Positions 27,802 through 37,027 of a stretch of DNA of 64,000 nt are shown here, piece by piece. Source of the DNA: Candidatus Moranbacteria bacterium GW2011_GWC2_40_12 (GTDB lineage: Bacteria > Patescibacteriota > Minisyncoccia > Moranbacterales > UBA11712); assembly GCA_000995965.1 (NCBI GenBank), contig LBYD01000001.1:207265-271264 (forward strand). The letters are read 5' to 3'. Position 1 is the stretch's first letter. Each line of letters starts with the position of its first letter. The position numbers and the translations under genes are program-made. The notes beneath the pieces were generated by a model. That model had not been told where the DNA came from. It saw only the letters and a program-made list of their open reading frames with translations, and did not search any database.

Positions 27802-29292
27802 TCAATAGTTTCTATATTTTCCTTTCTTGATATCCCTTATAAACTCCCTGAACCCCTCCTGCGCCTCTTGCTCGAACATCGCCCTCACCGCGAGCGGAGT
27901 GGTAGCCGGAGACTTCCAATTGTAGATCGGCTTCAAGTTTTTTCGCATAATATAAGCGGTTTTCACCAAAAAATTGGTGTCGCCCTGCACCGGACAGGCA
28001 TAAAGGTAATCCTCCGGATCTCCGCTTTGGTTGAAGCCGCCCTTCACCTCGAAAGAAATTGGCAGTCCGTGTTTTTTTATCGCCCGATAGGCTTCGACTG
28101 GATTAGGATAATGATTAAAATTCTTGTTGAGATGTTTTATATCCGCGTTTTTTATGTTTTTCAGATGATTCGTTTCAACCATAACAAGGCGCTTGAGCTT
28201 CCGGTCAAAAAAGCAGGCACCGCCTTTTTGGGGTTTCAAGGAATTTTGGGCAACAATTTCCATCACCATATTGTATCTTTTTTTTCCAAGATTGAGCGCG
28301 AGAGCAAGACTCGGAAGATCCACGGCGCACGTGAGATATCCCAAATCCTCGACGTTATAGGACAGCAAATCGTCATGTTCGGACAATATTTTTTCAAATT
28401 CTTCGCTTCGAAGATATGTTTTTTGGCCGATATTTTTCGGGTCAATTCGAAAAATAACGTTGTCGTGAGCTTTCTGCATGACCATTTGTCCGTGATTGTG
28501 AAGACGCTTATTTTTTTCCGTCGTCTGATCATAAAAAAGGCAACCTTGCTTGATATACATTCCATGAAAACTGCGCTGAACCATGAAAAATACTTTTCTG
28601 GGATTGAGCCCAAAAAAATTGAAATTCCGGAATTCGTCAAGGATCTCTTCGGCTGTCTGCTCATTGAGAATGATAAGCGCGCTTTGTTTTGCAAGAACTG
28701 CTTTGGGATTTTTTTTGTTTTCCTTGGCGATGCGGCAAACATCATACGCCATCTGGAGCATATGGCGGTTCCCGAGAGAAATAGTCAAGAGTTTTTTTGG
28801 ATCATCGCCGGATATATCAAGTATTTTCTTTCTGGTTATTTCTTTCTTTATTTTCTTTTTTTCTTTCGCCAGTTCTTTGCCTTTTACGCCATTTTTTTCA
28901 AGCTCTTGAAAGGCTTCTTCGCGAATATGAACAGCGATTTCCTCGAGAGAATATTTTCCAAGCTCCAGCAGATATTTCGTGCCCAGCCCCAGCCGAGTCG
29001 CTTCACCGGCCGCAGCGTGTTCCCAAAAAAACTTTCCCTCCAGAATGGATTTTTCAGCTTTTGATGTTCCGATTTTGTCGTCATCAAGGACAACAATCTG
29101 TTTCTCCCTGGCAGGATCAAGATAAGCGAAGTTTTCGTATGCATTCAACTCGAGCTGCGCTTTTTTTATATCCCGCATCGCGATTTTTTTCGCGTCCCTA
29201 AAATGGCGATGCAGCATCCACTCGATTCGCCTCAGGACGGAAATCCGGTATTCCTCAAAACAATCGATGTGAATTTTTGGTTTCGTGCCCAT
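27802..29292 (-). CDS. Divergent UDP-sugar pyrophosphorylase (eukaryote-type UDPGP/UAP fold)
   Basis: AAAGEATRLGLGTK (cf. LAGGxGTRLG..K), HNHG (cf. PGHG), NVEDL (cf. NxDNL), KGG, VE and NKNF appear in the expected order. Confidence 0.6.
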   Translation of the reverse strand: MGTKPKIHIDCFEEYRISVLRRIEWMLHRHFRDAKKIAMRDIKKAQLELNAYENFAYLDPAREKQIVVLDDDKIGTSKAEKSILEGKFFWEHAAAGEATRLGLGTKYLLELGKYSLEEIAVHIREEAFQELEKNGVKGKELAKEKKKIKKEITRKKILDISGDDPKKLLTISLGNRHMLQMAYDVCRIAKENKKNPKAVLAKQSALIILNEQTAEEILDEFRNFNFFGLNPRKVFFMVQRSFHGMYIKQGCLFYDQTTEKNKRLHNHGQMVMQKAHDNVIFRIDPKNIGQKTYLRSEEFEKILSEHDDLLSYNVEDLGYLTCAVDLPSLALALNLGKKRYNMVMEIVAQNSLKPQKGGACFFDRKLKRLVMVETNHLKNIKNADIKHLNKNFNHYPNPVEAYRAIKKHGLPISFEVKGGFNQSGDPEDYLYACPVQGDTNFLVKTAYIMRKNLKPIYNWKSPATTPLAVRAMFEQEAQEGFREFIRDIKKGKYRNY

Positions 29293-29303
29293 ATTTTCAT
29301 AAT

Positions 29304-29326
29304 ACCCTAGAGCTGAGCTCTAGGGT
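29304..29326. repeat. Perfect 11-1-11 palindrome
   Basis: ACCCTAGAGCT-G-AGCTCTAGGGT between rmlA and the next gene. Confidence 0.8.
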
Positions 29327-29332
29327 GAAATA

Positions 29333-30145
29333 TTATTGGAGCTGTTTCTTTGCCAGTGCTTTTTGCTCTTCATTGAATTCCAAAATCGCTTCCTGAACCT
29401 GCGGATCGAAATTTTTGGAAATATTTTTTTCTTTCACGATTTGACTGGCTTCGAGAAGTGTATCAAACGTTCCCGCATCAAGCCAATCGCCTTTCACCTG
29501 GCTCACTTGAAGCTCGCCTTTTTCCAGATAAAAATTCATCAGATCAGTGATTTCAATTTCCCCGCGATCAGAGGGTCTTGACTCCTTAGCGGCAGAAATG
29601 ACTCGATTGTCAAAAACGTAAAGGCCGGGAATGGCAAAATCACTGATCCAATCCTTCGGCTTTTCAACAATTTGGACAGCTTTTCCCGATTCGTCAAATT
29701 TCACTACCCCGTATCTTTCCGGATCGGGAACTTTTTTGGCAAAAACATATCCTCCAGACTTGAAATTTTTTATGACATCTGAGAAATCGTCTTCAAAAAT
29801 ATTGTCCCCGAGAATCATCGTCACGTTGTCACTGTCAATGAAGTTTTCCCCCAAAATGAATGCTTCGGCAAGCCCTCTTGGCGCGCTTTGCACTTTGAAT
29901 TCAAGACGGACTTCGTGGCGGTCAAAAATAGGCCCCAAAAGATTCAAAAACTGGCCGGCATCCCGAGGCGCGATGATAATGAGAATTTCCTTGATACCGG
30001 CTTTAACAAGCGTATTCAGCGGATAAAAAATCATCTGCTTGTCATATACCGGAAGCAGCTGCTTTGAAGTGGTGTGCGTCAATGGAAACAGCCTTGTGGC
30101 CGTCCCTCCGGCGAGGATAATTCCTTTCATCTTCGCTTTTCGCAT
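29333..30145 (-). CDS. rmlA: Glucose-1-phosphate thymidylyltransferase
   Basis: KGIILAGGTATRLFPLT..SKQLLPVYDKQMI, ILGDNIF, VEKP and WLDAGT. Confidence 0.95.
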   Translation of the reverse strand: MRKAKMKGIILAGGTATRLFPLTHTTSKQLLPVYDKQMIFYPLNTLVKAGIKEILIIIAPRDAGQFLNLLGPIFDRHEVRLEFKVQSAPRGLAEAFILGENFIDSDNVTMILGDNIFEDDFSDVIKNFKSGGYVFAKKVPDPERYGVVKFDESGKAVQIVEKPKDWISDFAIPGLYVFDNRVISAAKESRPSDRGEIEITDLMNFYLEKGELQVSQVKGDWLDAGTFDTLLEASQIVKEKNISKNFDPQVQEAILEFNEEQKALAKKQLQ

Positions 30146-30149
30146 ATAT

Positions 30150-31019
30150 TTAGAAATTATAATTATTATCCAGATACTCCTTGAGAGCTTTGGTATAATG
30201 CCGGAGCGGCTTCAGCTTCGTGTTTACTAGCACGGATGATTTCGGCCTCTTTGCGGGTCGGGGAAATTCGGAAGAAGCCACTGGAAAAACTTCCACATCC
30301 ATTTTAGCGATTTTGAAAAGTTCCACGGCCGCTTCAAACCAAGTACACGGGCCCTCGTTCACGACATGATATATTCCGAAAGGAATTTTTTCTTCGATAA
30401 TTTTCTTCGTTTCGAGAGCAAGGTCGGGAGTGTATGTGAAACAGCTTTTTTCCTCGTCCACCACTTTGAGAATTTGGTTGTCTTTCGCGAGAAGGATCAT
30501 AGTGTCAAAAAAACTTTTTTTGGACATGGCGGATTTTCCCGGCTGTCCGAAAAGTTTTGATGTCCGGATAAGCCAGAACTTTTCCGCGTGCTTTTGGATT
30601 TCTTCTTCGCCAAGAAATTTCGAACGGCCGTAATTCGAGATCGGGGCAGGTTTTGTGTTTTCGTCGTATTCTTCTTTTTCGCCGTCAAAGACATAATCAG
30701 TTGAATAGTGGACAATGGGAATTCCTTTTTCTTTTCCGATTTTGGCGAGGATTCCAGGCCCATATCCGTTGATTTTTTTTGCCAGTTCGTATTCGATTTC
30801 ATCCGACTCGCACTTGTCAACCGCGTTGTACCCGGTCGCGTTCACCACCGCTTGCGGATCAACTTCTTCGATCTTTTTTCGCAAACTTTCTTCAGAGCCG
30901 ATATCAATCTGATCCCGGTCAAAGGCAAAAACGTGCCAATCCTGGTCGGCTTCAAAAACCTTGACCAGATCCTGGCCGAGCATTCCGTGAGATCCAATGA
31001 TGAGGATGCGTTTAGCCAT
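30150..31019 (-). CDS. rmlD: dTDP-4-dehydrorhamnose reductase
   Basis: GSHGMLG, YNAVDKCE, YSTDYVFDG, YGRSK and PAKRP. Confidence 0.95.
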   Translation of the reverse strand: MAKRILIIGSHGMLGQDLVKVFEADQDWHVFAFDRDQIDIGSEESLRKKIEEVDPQAVVNATGYNAVDKCESDEIEYELAKKINGYGPGILAKIGKEKGIPIVHYSTDYVFDGEKEEYDENTKPAPISNYGRSKFLGEEEIQKHAEKFWLIRTSKLFGQPGKSAMSKKSFFDTMILLAKDNQILKVVDEEKSCFTYTPDLALETKKIIEEKIPFGIYHVVNEGPCTWFEAAVELFKIAKMDVEVFPVASSEFPRPAKRPKSSVLVNTKLKPLRHYTKALKEYLDNNYNF

Positions 31020-32043
31020 ATTGTTTTTCGTAATATTTCAAATATTCGCCGCTCTTTATCTCCTTCCACCAGTTCTGGTTATTTTGGTACCACTCAACCG
31101 TTTTTTTCATCCCTTCGTCGAAATTTGTTTTCGGTTCCCAGCCGAGTTCCGATTTTATTTTCGAAAAATCGATGGCGTATCTTCGGTCATGGCCGGGCCG
31201 GTCCTTCACGTATTCTATCATCTCTTCGCCTTTTCCGAGAAGTTCCAGAATTTTTTTGGTGATTTCGATGTTCGGTTTTTCGGTGTTTCCCCCGACGCAA
31301 TAAGTCTGCCCGATTTTTCCCTTGTGAATTATGGCGTCAATCGCCTCGCAGTGGTCTTCGACAAAAAGCCAATCCCGCACTTGCATCCCGTCTCCATAGA
31401 CAGGGACTTTTTTTTCTTCGATCAGATTCGTGATGAACAGCCCGTGCAGTTTTTCGGGAAACTGGAACGGACCGTAGTTGTTGGAGCAGTTGGAAATGGT
31501 CACCGGAAGATCGTGGGTATGAAAATAGGCCATCACCAGATGGTCGGCTGCCGCTTTCGAAGCGGAATACGGGCTTCTCGGCGCGAATGGAGTCTTTTCG
31601 TTGAACGCCGGATCTTGCGGGCCCAAATGGCCGAAAACTTCATCGGTCGAGACGTGGTGGAATCTTTTCCCGCCTTTATTTTTTGCCGCTTCGAGAAGAT
31701 TATGCGTTCCGACGATATTGGTGTGGATGAACGCCGCGCTGTCGAGAATGGAACGGTCCACATGTGATTCGGCCGCAAAGTTGACAATAATATCTGTATC
31801 TTTAACAAGATCACTCACTAAATCTTTGTCGGCGATATCCCCTTTCACGAAGCGGTAGTTCGGATTTTCTTGAACGTCTTTCAGATTTTCCAGATTTCCG
31901 GCGTAAGTCAAAAGGTCAAGGTTTACGACTTGATAGTCGGGCATGTCCGCTGAAGCCTTGGCGGAGGAGGAATATTTTTTGAGGATATAGCGGATGAAAT
32001 TGCTTCCAATGAACCCCGCTCCTCCAGTGACTAATAGTTTCAT
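31012..32043 (-). CDS. rmlB: dTDP-glucose 4,6-dehydratase with a 10-aa repeat-derived insertion
   Basis: TGGAGFIGSN, AAESHVDRSI, STDEV, YSASK and DRPGHDRRYAID. Confidence 0.97.
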   Translation of the reverse strand: MKLLVTGGAGFIGSNFIRYILKKYSSSAKASADMPDYQVVNLDLLTYAGNLENLKDVQENPNYRFVKGDIADKDLVSDLVKDTDIIVNFAAESHVDRSILDSAAFIHTNIVGTHNLLEAAKNKGGKRFHHVSTDEVFGHLGPQDPAFNEKTPFAPRSPYSASKAAADHLVMAYFHTHDLPVTISNCSNNYGPFQFPEKLHGLFITNLIEEKKVPVYGDGMQVRDWLFVEDHCEAIDAIIHKGKIGQTYCVGGNTEKPNIEITKKILELLGKGEEMIEYVKDRPGHDRRYAIDFSKIKSELGWEPKTNFDEGMKKTVEWYQNNQNWWKEIKSGEYLKYYEKQYG

Positions 32044-32074
32044 AGAAAATATTACTACAACTAGTTGTAGTGGA

Positions 32075-32620
32075 CTAAAAAGGAGAATTAAAATCCTTGA
32101 AATATTGGAGCTTGCTGTCTTTTTCGGAGAGTGTCGGTTCTTTAATTGGCCAATTGATATTCAATGTTGGGTCGTTCCAGATGATCCCGGAATCGGATTC
32201 GGGCGCGTAGAATCCATCCACTTTATACATAAATTCCGTGTTGTCTTCCAGCGTGCAATAAGCGTGGGCAAATCCGCGAGGGATGAAAAGCATCTGGAAA
32301 TTTTCCCCGGAGAGCTCAAAACCTTCCCATTTTCCAAAAGTCGGCGAATGTTTGCGAAGATCCACAATCACATCATATACTTTCCCCCGCGTGACCCGCA
32401 CCAGCTTTGCCTGCGCGTTCGGAGGCTTTTGAAAATGAAGCCCGCGCAGGACTCCCTTTTTCACTGAAAGCGAATGGTTGTCCTGCACAAATTTCGCGTC
32501 AATCCCGTTTTCAGCGAAAACTTTTTCATTCCAGGATTCGACAAAAAAACCTCTCTCGTCCCGAAAAACTTTGGGCTTGATAAGATATGCGCCTGGAAGT
32601 GTTGTTTCTATAAATTCCAT
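32075..32620 (-). CDS. rmlC: dTDP-4-dehydrorhamnose 3,5-epimerase
   Basis: DERGFF, QDNHS, LRGLHFQ and IPRGFAH. Confidence 0.97.
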   Translation of the reverse strand: MEFIETTLPGAYLIKPKVFRDERGFFVESWNEKVFAENGIDAKFVQDNHSLSVKKGVLRGLHFQKPPNAQAKLVRVTRGKVYDVIVDLRKHSPTFGKWEGFELSGENFQMLFIPRGFAHAYCTLEDNTEFMYKVDGFYAPESDSGIIWNDPTLNINWPIKEPTLSEKDSKLQYFKDFNSPF

Positions 32621-32725
32621 GATAATATCTTACTCCAAACCGCCAAAAAAATCAAAATCAGGCGAAGAAAAAAGGGCCCGGCCATCCCGCGCCCTTTGAC
32701 CATTCGAGATGAGACCTCGAATGAG

Positions 32726-32968
32726 TTATTCCAAGTCCTGGCCTACTTTCGCCATTCCCTGATAGCAGGAAATCACGTGATTGACGCTGCTGGCGGCGCT
32801 TTCCAGATTCGAAGAGCACTGCTCAAGCGCAAAGCGCAATTTGGGATTCTTGTAGGCGTGCTCTTCCATATAGGCCCTGACCGCCTTCAGGTCGGCAAGA
32901 ATCTCCGCCAGCGACTTTCTCACCGGCGCCCACTTGAAATTTTCCTCTTTCGGAATTTGAAAAAGCAT
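32726..32968 (-). CDS. Small orphan helical protein
   Basis: AAGGAGG SD upstream; hairpin plus T-tract downstream at about 32668-32697. Confidence 0.55.
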   Translation of the reverse strand: MLFQIPKEENFKWAPVRKSLAEILADLKAVRAYMEEHAYKNPKLRFALEQCSSNLESAASSVNHVISCYQGMAKVGQDLE

Positions 32969-33032
32969 AATCGCCCATCCTCCTTTTTTTTGAAAAAATA
33001 TTTTGAAAATCGCAAAACGACACGAAAACTTT

Positions 33033-33881
33033 CTATAACTCCCCTCTCATCAACTTGTTCAGCCGGTCTTTCACTTCCTCGTCGCTCGGCTCCCCTGTTT
33101 CATCGGCAGGTGATTTGTCCTTCTCCCAGGTGTCCTCCGCTATTGGCAAGTTCGACGGAGCGATGTTTTGCATGTCGCGCGGCGTGATGATTGCAGTCGG
33201 CTCTTCCTTTCTTTCGGGCGCAGAAAAAATTTCCTTGGCCGGAATCTTTTCTGTTTTCCGTTCCATATCCATATTCGGAGAAACCATCGGCCGCAAATCC
33301 GGCATGATAAACTTTTCTTCCTGAAATATTTCTTCCGTTTCCATCGGTTTCTTCCGGGTTGAATCGAAAAAATTCCAAAAAAGAAGATATATGATGATCC
33401 CGGCAAGAAAACCCCAAAGGGAGTTTTTCGTCAGGTCGGGCCGGACGTTTTTCGCCGATACTTCCGGATCGCTAAGCAGTTCATATTTGAAAGGCGTTCC
33501 GCCATACAGATCCCGCGAATATTCCGAAATTTCATTCGGGATCAGAACAGCTATATCCTCAATGGCCGTCACGTCATCTTTGGCCGCCAAGAAATCGACT
33601 GCAATAGTTGAGGAGTTTTCGATTTGCCTTATATCCAAAAGATTATTTCTGAAATTTTGCAAATTTTCTTCCTGAAAGCGGGCGCTGCGAAGTATTTCCG
33701 CCGTGTTTCCCACTTCTTGAGCAAGGTTTTTCTGAACAGTCGGAAGCCCCGCCGGAAAAACCACAATCCTGGCAGAAACCAGCCATTGCGGAGTCATAAG
33801 AAAAGACAACGCGAAAAATAATGCCGCCCCCAAAGCGCCTGTGAAAAAAATATTGTTGATGAATTTCTTTACTGGATGCAT
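33033..33881 (-). CDS. Wzz/CpsC-like two-TM polysaccharide chain-length protein
   Basis: Two TM helices around a loop; SFLMTPQW..ARIVV and P..VRPDLTKNSLWG resemble CpsC/Wzz. Confidence 0.55.
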   Translation of the reverse strand: MHPVKKFINNIFFTGALGAALFFALSFLMTPQWLVSARIVVFPAGLPTVQKNLAQEVGNTAEILRSARFQEENLQNFRNNLLDIRQIENSSTIAVDFLAAKDDVTAIEDIAVLIPNEISEYSRDLYGGTPFKYELLSDPEVSAKNVRPDLTKNSLWGFLAGIIIYLLFWNFFDSTRKKPMETEEIFQEEKFIMPDLRPMVSPNMDMERKTEKIPAKEIFSAPERKEEPTAIITPRDMQNIAPSNLPIAEDTWEKDKSPADETGEPSDEEVKDRLNKLMRGEL

Positions 33882-34034
33882 TTATTTCTCTTATCGGTTA
33901 ATGATGCCTGCCTGATTACTCGGCAATGCTTTCCAATCTTGTTATGGACAAAAAAGCAATCATTGCATAATAGGCGGCCAATCTTTTTTTGTCAAGCAAT
34001 GCGCTGCAAATAATTGTTTTTCAGGATCGGATGA

Positions 34035-35603
34035 TTATTTTTCAATATTCTCCACCCTTACGTCTTTTACCGCCAAGTAGCTGTTGTTTTCCTTCTCGTC
34101 CCAGGTTTTGAAGCCGATACCCCCGTGATTCAACTCCTGGTCTATCTTTCCAGTGAGGACCGCTTTTCCTTCAATCAAGCAGGCGGCTTCGTCGCCGGAC
34201 ACGCTGATTCCGATGTCAACTTCTCTTCCATTGGCTAAACTTTCGTTCGTATCGGACTTTCTGATTTCGCTTTCCTGTCCGTTCAATTTCTGAACAAGAA
34301 TCGCTTCATCTTCCAAAAAATCGCAGGAGACATATTTATTTCCATCCTGGTATCGGGCAACAATGGCAAAGTGTCGGCCTCGAAGTACGCTGACTTTCGC
34401 CTTAAATTCATAATCCTGCCATTGAAATGTTCCGTCCAAAAAAACCAAACTGCCATTTTCCGAAGGGGAGGAAAGCGTGACTAAGCGCCCGTCCTTGAGC
34501 AAAAGATCCCCCCAGGCTTTTTTCCAACCCTGATTTTTGAAAAAATTATCATAATAGGGAATTGATTTTCCCATCGTGCCGGATAAGAGTGAAACCAGCT
34601 GACTGGGCGAAACAGCGGAATTGATGTCGGCCCTTTTCAGCAAGGTGAAATCCCTTCCCGGAAAATTGCCGATGAATTCGCTCTCACCGGCCTGGCGGAA
34701 GGAAAAAGCAAAATTTTTTCGCGCAATATCAGCGAGTATTTTCCGGCTCTCGGGAAAATTTTTCGAATTGTGGCCATAGTCGCCGAACGGATAGGCAAAA
34801 CCCGACACCTCTATATCCAGCTCTTTTTCCAAATCATTTCTTGATTCCTCCAGGTCCTTGCTGACCCTCGCTTTGTATTCTTCCGCGTTCTCCAGCCTAT
34901 TTTCAGAGTCAAGCCAAATCCTATCGCTCAAGAAATGCCCCTTGGCTCCTTCGGCGGAAATTTTTTGCAAGTCATGCCCGTATTTCGTGTGCGATCCTAT
35001 TTCCCAGCGGCCGGTCGCCATCATCTTTTCAAGCTCCTTTTTTGTCAGATGAAAATTTTCCGTTCCTTCATCGGCTTCAAGCGATCTCCCCGCTATGACA
35101 AACATCACCGCGTTATAATCCAAAACATTCAAAATGGGATCGACCGGATAATAGCTGTCTTTGCGCGCGTCGTCAAAAGTGAGCAGGAATGATTTCTTCG
35201 GCAATTTTTTTTCACCGCGCATAAACGCGGAAAGATCGTCCAGCGTAACTGTTTGAAATCCCGCTTTTTTGACTGCGAACATCTGATCCCGGAAATCCGT
35301 CATTTTCACGTTTACCTCATCCGGCTTCCATTCCGAATCATCAATCACGCCGTGGTATAGCAAAATTGGAACAGATACGGCGCTTTCCCTGGATATTCTG
35401 GTCATTGTCTGGCCTTCATTGGAAATTTTTTCGGAAGAAAGCGCCAAATTGCCCTGCAAATTATAAATTTGCATCAAAAGATAATTCTGGCGGAAATAAT
35501 AATTGTTTTTCAGCACAAAAATTCCGATTACCATCAAGAAAACGACAAGTCCAACGACTGACAAAAATAGAATTTTAATTTTTCTCAAGCGAAAATTCAG
35601 CAT
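34035..35603 (-). CDS. Polysaccharide deacetylase (IcaB/PgaB-like) with a C-terminal beta-sandwich domain
   Basis: VPILLYHG, LLTFDDA, WEIGSHTKYGH and FAYPFG. Confidence 0.9.
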   Translation of the reverse strand: MLNFRLRKIKILFLSVVGLVVFLMVIGIFVLKNNYYFRQNYLLMQIYNLQGNLALSSEKISNEGQTMTRISRESAVSVPILLYHGVIDDSEWKPDEVNVKMTDFRDQMFAVKKAGFQTVTLDDLSAFMRGEKKLPKKSFLLTFDDARKDSYYPVDPILNVLDYNAVMFVIAGRSLEADEGTENFHLTKKELEKMMATGRWEIGSHTKYGHDLQKISAEGAKGHFLSDRIWLDSENRLENAEEYKARVSKDLEESRNDLEKELDIEVSGFAYPFGDYGHNSKNFPESRKILADIARKNFAFSFRQAGESEFIGNFPGRDFTLLKRADINSAVSPSQLVSLLSGTMGKSIPYYDNFFKNQGWKKAWGDLLLKDGRLVTLSSPSENGSLVFLDGTFQWQDYEFKAKVSVLRGRHFAIVARYQDGNKYVSCDFLEDEAILVQKLNGQESEIRKSDTNESLANGREVDIGISVSGDEAACLIEGKAVLTGKIDQELNHGGIGFKTWDEKENNSYLAVKDVRVENIEK

Positions 35604-35618
35604 ATCGGTGGTTCAATG

Positions 35619-36989
35619 CTACCGGGTTCCCCAGCCGCGGTCTTGAATTCTTATCGCCGCGTAAATAAGAAGGGGCGCCAGCACAAAAAAATTGAGCAGC
35701 GACCAAAGAAAAAGATATGGCCAATAAGTTTTCCTTTTTTCCAAAATAAGGCAATATAGGGCGAAGAGGGAGGTCACCAGCAGAACGCCCAGAATATAAA
35801 AATATGGCATTTCTGACTGAAAAACAGGCAGATAGATGAGGGCCCGCAAAGCCATAAAGGGGGTGACGAGAGATATAATTATCAAAGGGAGAAAATAAAA
35901 GAGGGCCACAAAAGGCTGTTTTTTGAATATAAACCGGCTTGTGATGATCGCGTTCACTATCCAGGATTTTTTCCAGCGCAGCTGCTGTTTCATCAGTTGC
36001 TTCACCTTCTCCGGAACAATCGTGTAGGCCTGAACCTCATCCGTATAGATGGTTTTCGAACCGCTTTTCAGGATCCAGCTTGTCAGCGACCGGTCATCGC
36101 CCCAAGTGGCCGGCAAACCCAGAAATTTTTCGTTGGTCCATCTGTCAAGGATGGGAAGCACCAAATCCTTCCGATATGCCGAGGAACAGCCGCTGCAGCA
36201 AAAAACGGAGAGAAAGGTGGACTCGGCCGCTTTCAGAATCCGAAAAGACATGAAGTAGTAGGCCGCCTGCATTTTCGTAAGAATATTTTTTTCGGAGTTC
36301 TGCGGATCGGCGTGAGCGCAAACCGCTCCTATCTCCGGCTCCGCGAAAGGAACCAGAAGGTGATAAAATGACCCGGGATCGATGAAACTGTCGCTGTCGA
36401 GCTGAACGACAATTTCTCCTTTCGCCTGACGGAAACCCTCAGCCATTGCGTGCCGCTTTCCGCGATTGATTTTCCAGTCAATTATTTTCATGCTCGGAAT
36501 GCTTGCCTCAAGGCCCCGCAGCACGTCTATGGTCTTGTCTGTGCTGCCGTCGTTTATGACAATGATTTCCGTTTTTTCGCGGGGATAATCAGCCTCGAAG
36601 CATTTTCGAACGGTATTGGCGATATCCTTTTCCTCATTCTTGCAAGGAATGACAAAGGTGACAAAGGGCTGATAAATGCCTTTCAGGACGGCGTCGATAT
36701 TTTCCCGGCTTGCAACGCGGGAAAACGAAGCTTCATAAAATATCGCTCCGACGAGCCGCGACAGGGCGAAAGAACTGACAAAAATTGTATAGATGAAGAG
36801 CGTTGGCTCGATACGAAAATCTGGAGAGGTTTTGGATTTTACCAGTGTCAGGAGAAAGAGAAAAACAATTCCAGCGGCAACAATGAGTATCTGGCCAAAT
36901 TTTTCCCTGAATTTCAGAATGCCAAAAGCAAACCATTGGGAGGTCTTTCCGAAGTTGTTCAGAGCCGTGCCTCTAAGAATTCTGTTCAT
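35619..36989 (-). CDS. Processive GT2 synthase (hyaluronan synthase/NodC-like)
   Basis: INDGSTD, NRGKRHAM, DSDS, CCSGCSSAYRK, GDDRSLT, QQLRWKKS and a terminal GWGTR; several TM helices. Confidence 0.9.
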   Translation of the reverse strand: MNRILRGTALNNFGKTSQWFAFGILKFREKFGQILIVAAGIVFLFLLTLVKSKTSPDFRIEPTLFIYTIFVSSFALSRLVGAIFYEASFSRVASRENIDAVLKGIYQPFVTFVIPCKNEEKDIANTVRKCFEADYPREKTEIIVINDGSTDKTIDVLRGLEASIPSMKIIDWKINRGKRHAMAEGFRQAKGEIVVQLDSDSFIDPGSFYHLLVPFAEPEIGAVCAHADPQNSEKNILTKMQAAYYFMSFRILKAAESTFLSVFCCSGCSSAYRKDLVLPILDRWTNEKFLGLPATWGDDRSLTSWILKSGSKTIYTDEVQAYTIVPEKVKQLMKQQLRWKKSWIVNAIITSRFIFKKQPFVALFYFLPLIIISLVTPFMALRALIYLPVFQSEMPYFYILGVLLVTSLFALYCLILEKRKTYWPYLFLWSLLNFFVLAPLLIYAAIRIQDRGWGTR

Positions 36990-37027
36990 TGCGATTGTTT
37001 AATTTTTGGATTTAGCTCAAGCAGAAA

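Noticed and set aside
27718..29064. 448-aa plus-strand ORF, and similar long antisense ORFs at 30997, 36450, 40772, 48901 and 59445
   Set aside because: They are Phe/Ile-rich shadows of well-supported minus-strand genes and contain no recognisable motifs.
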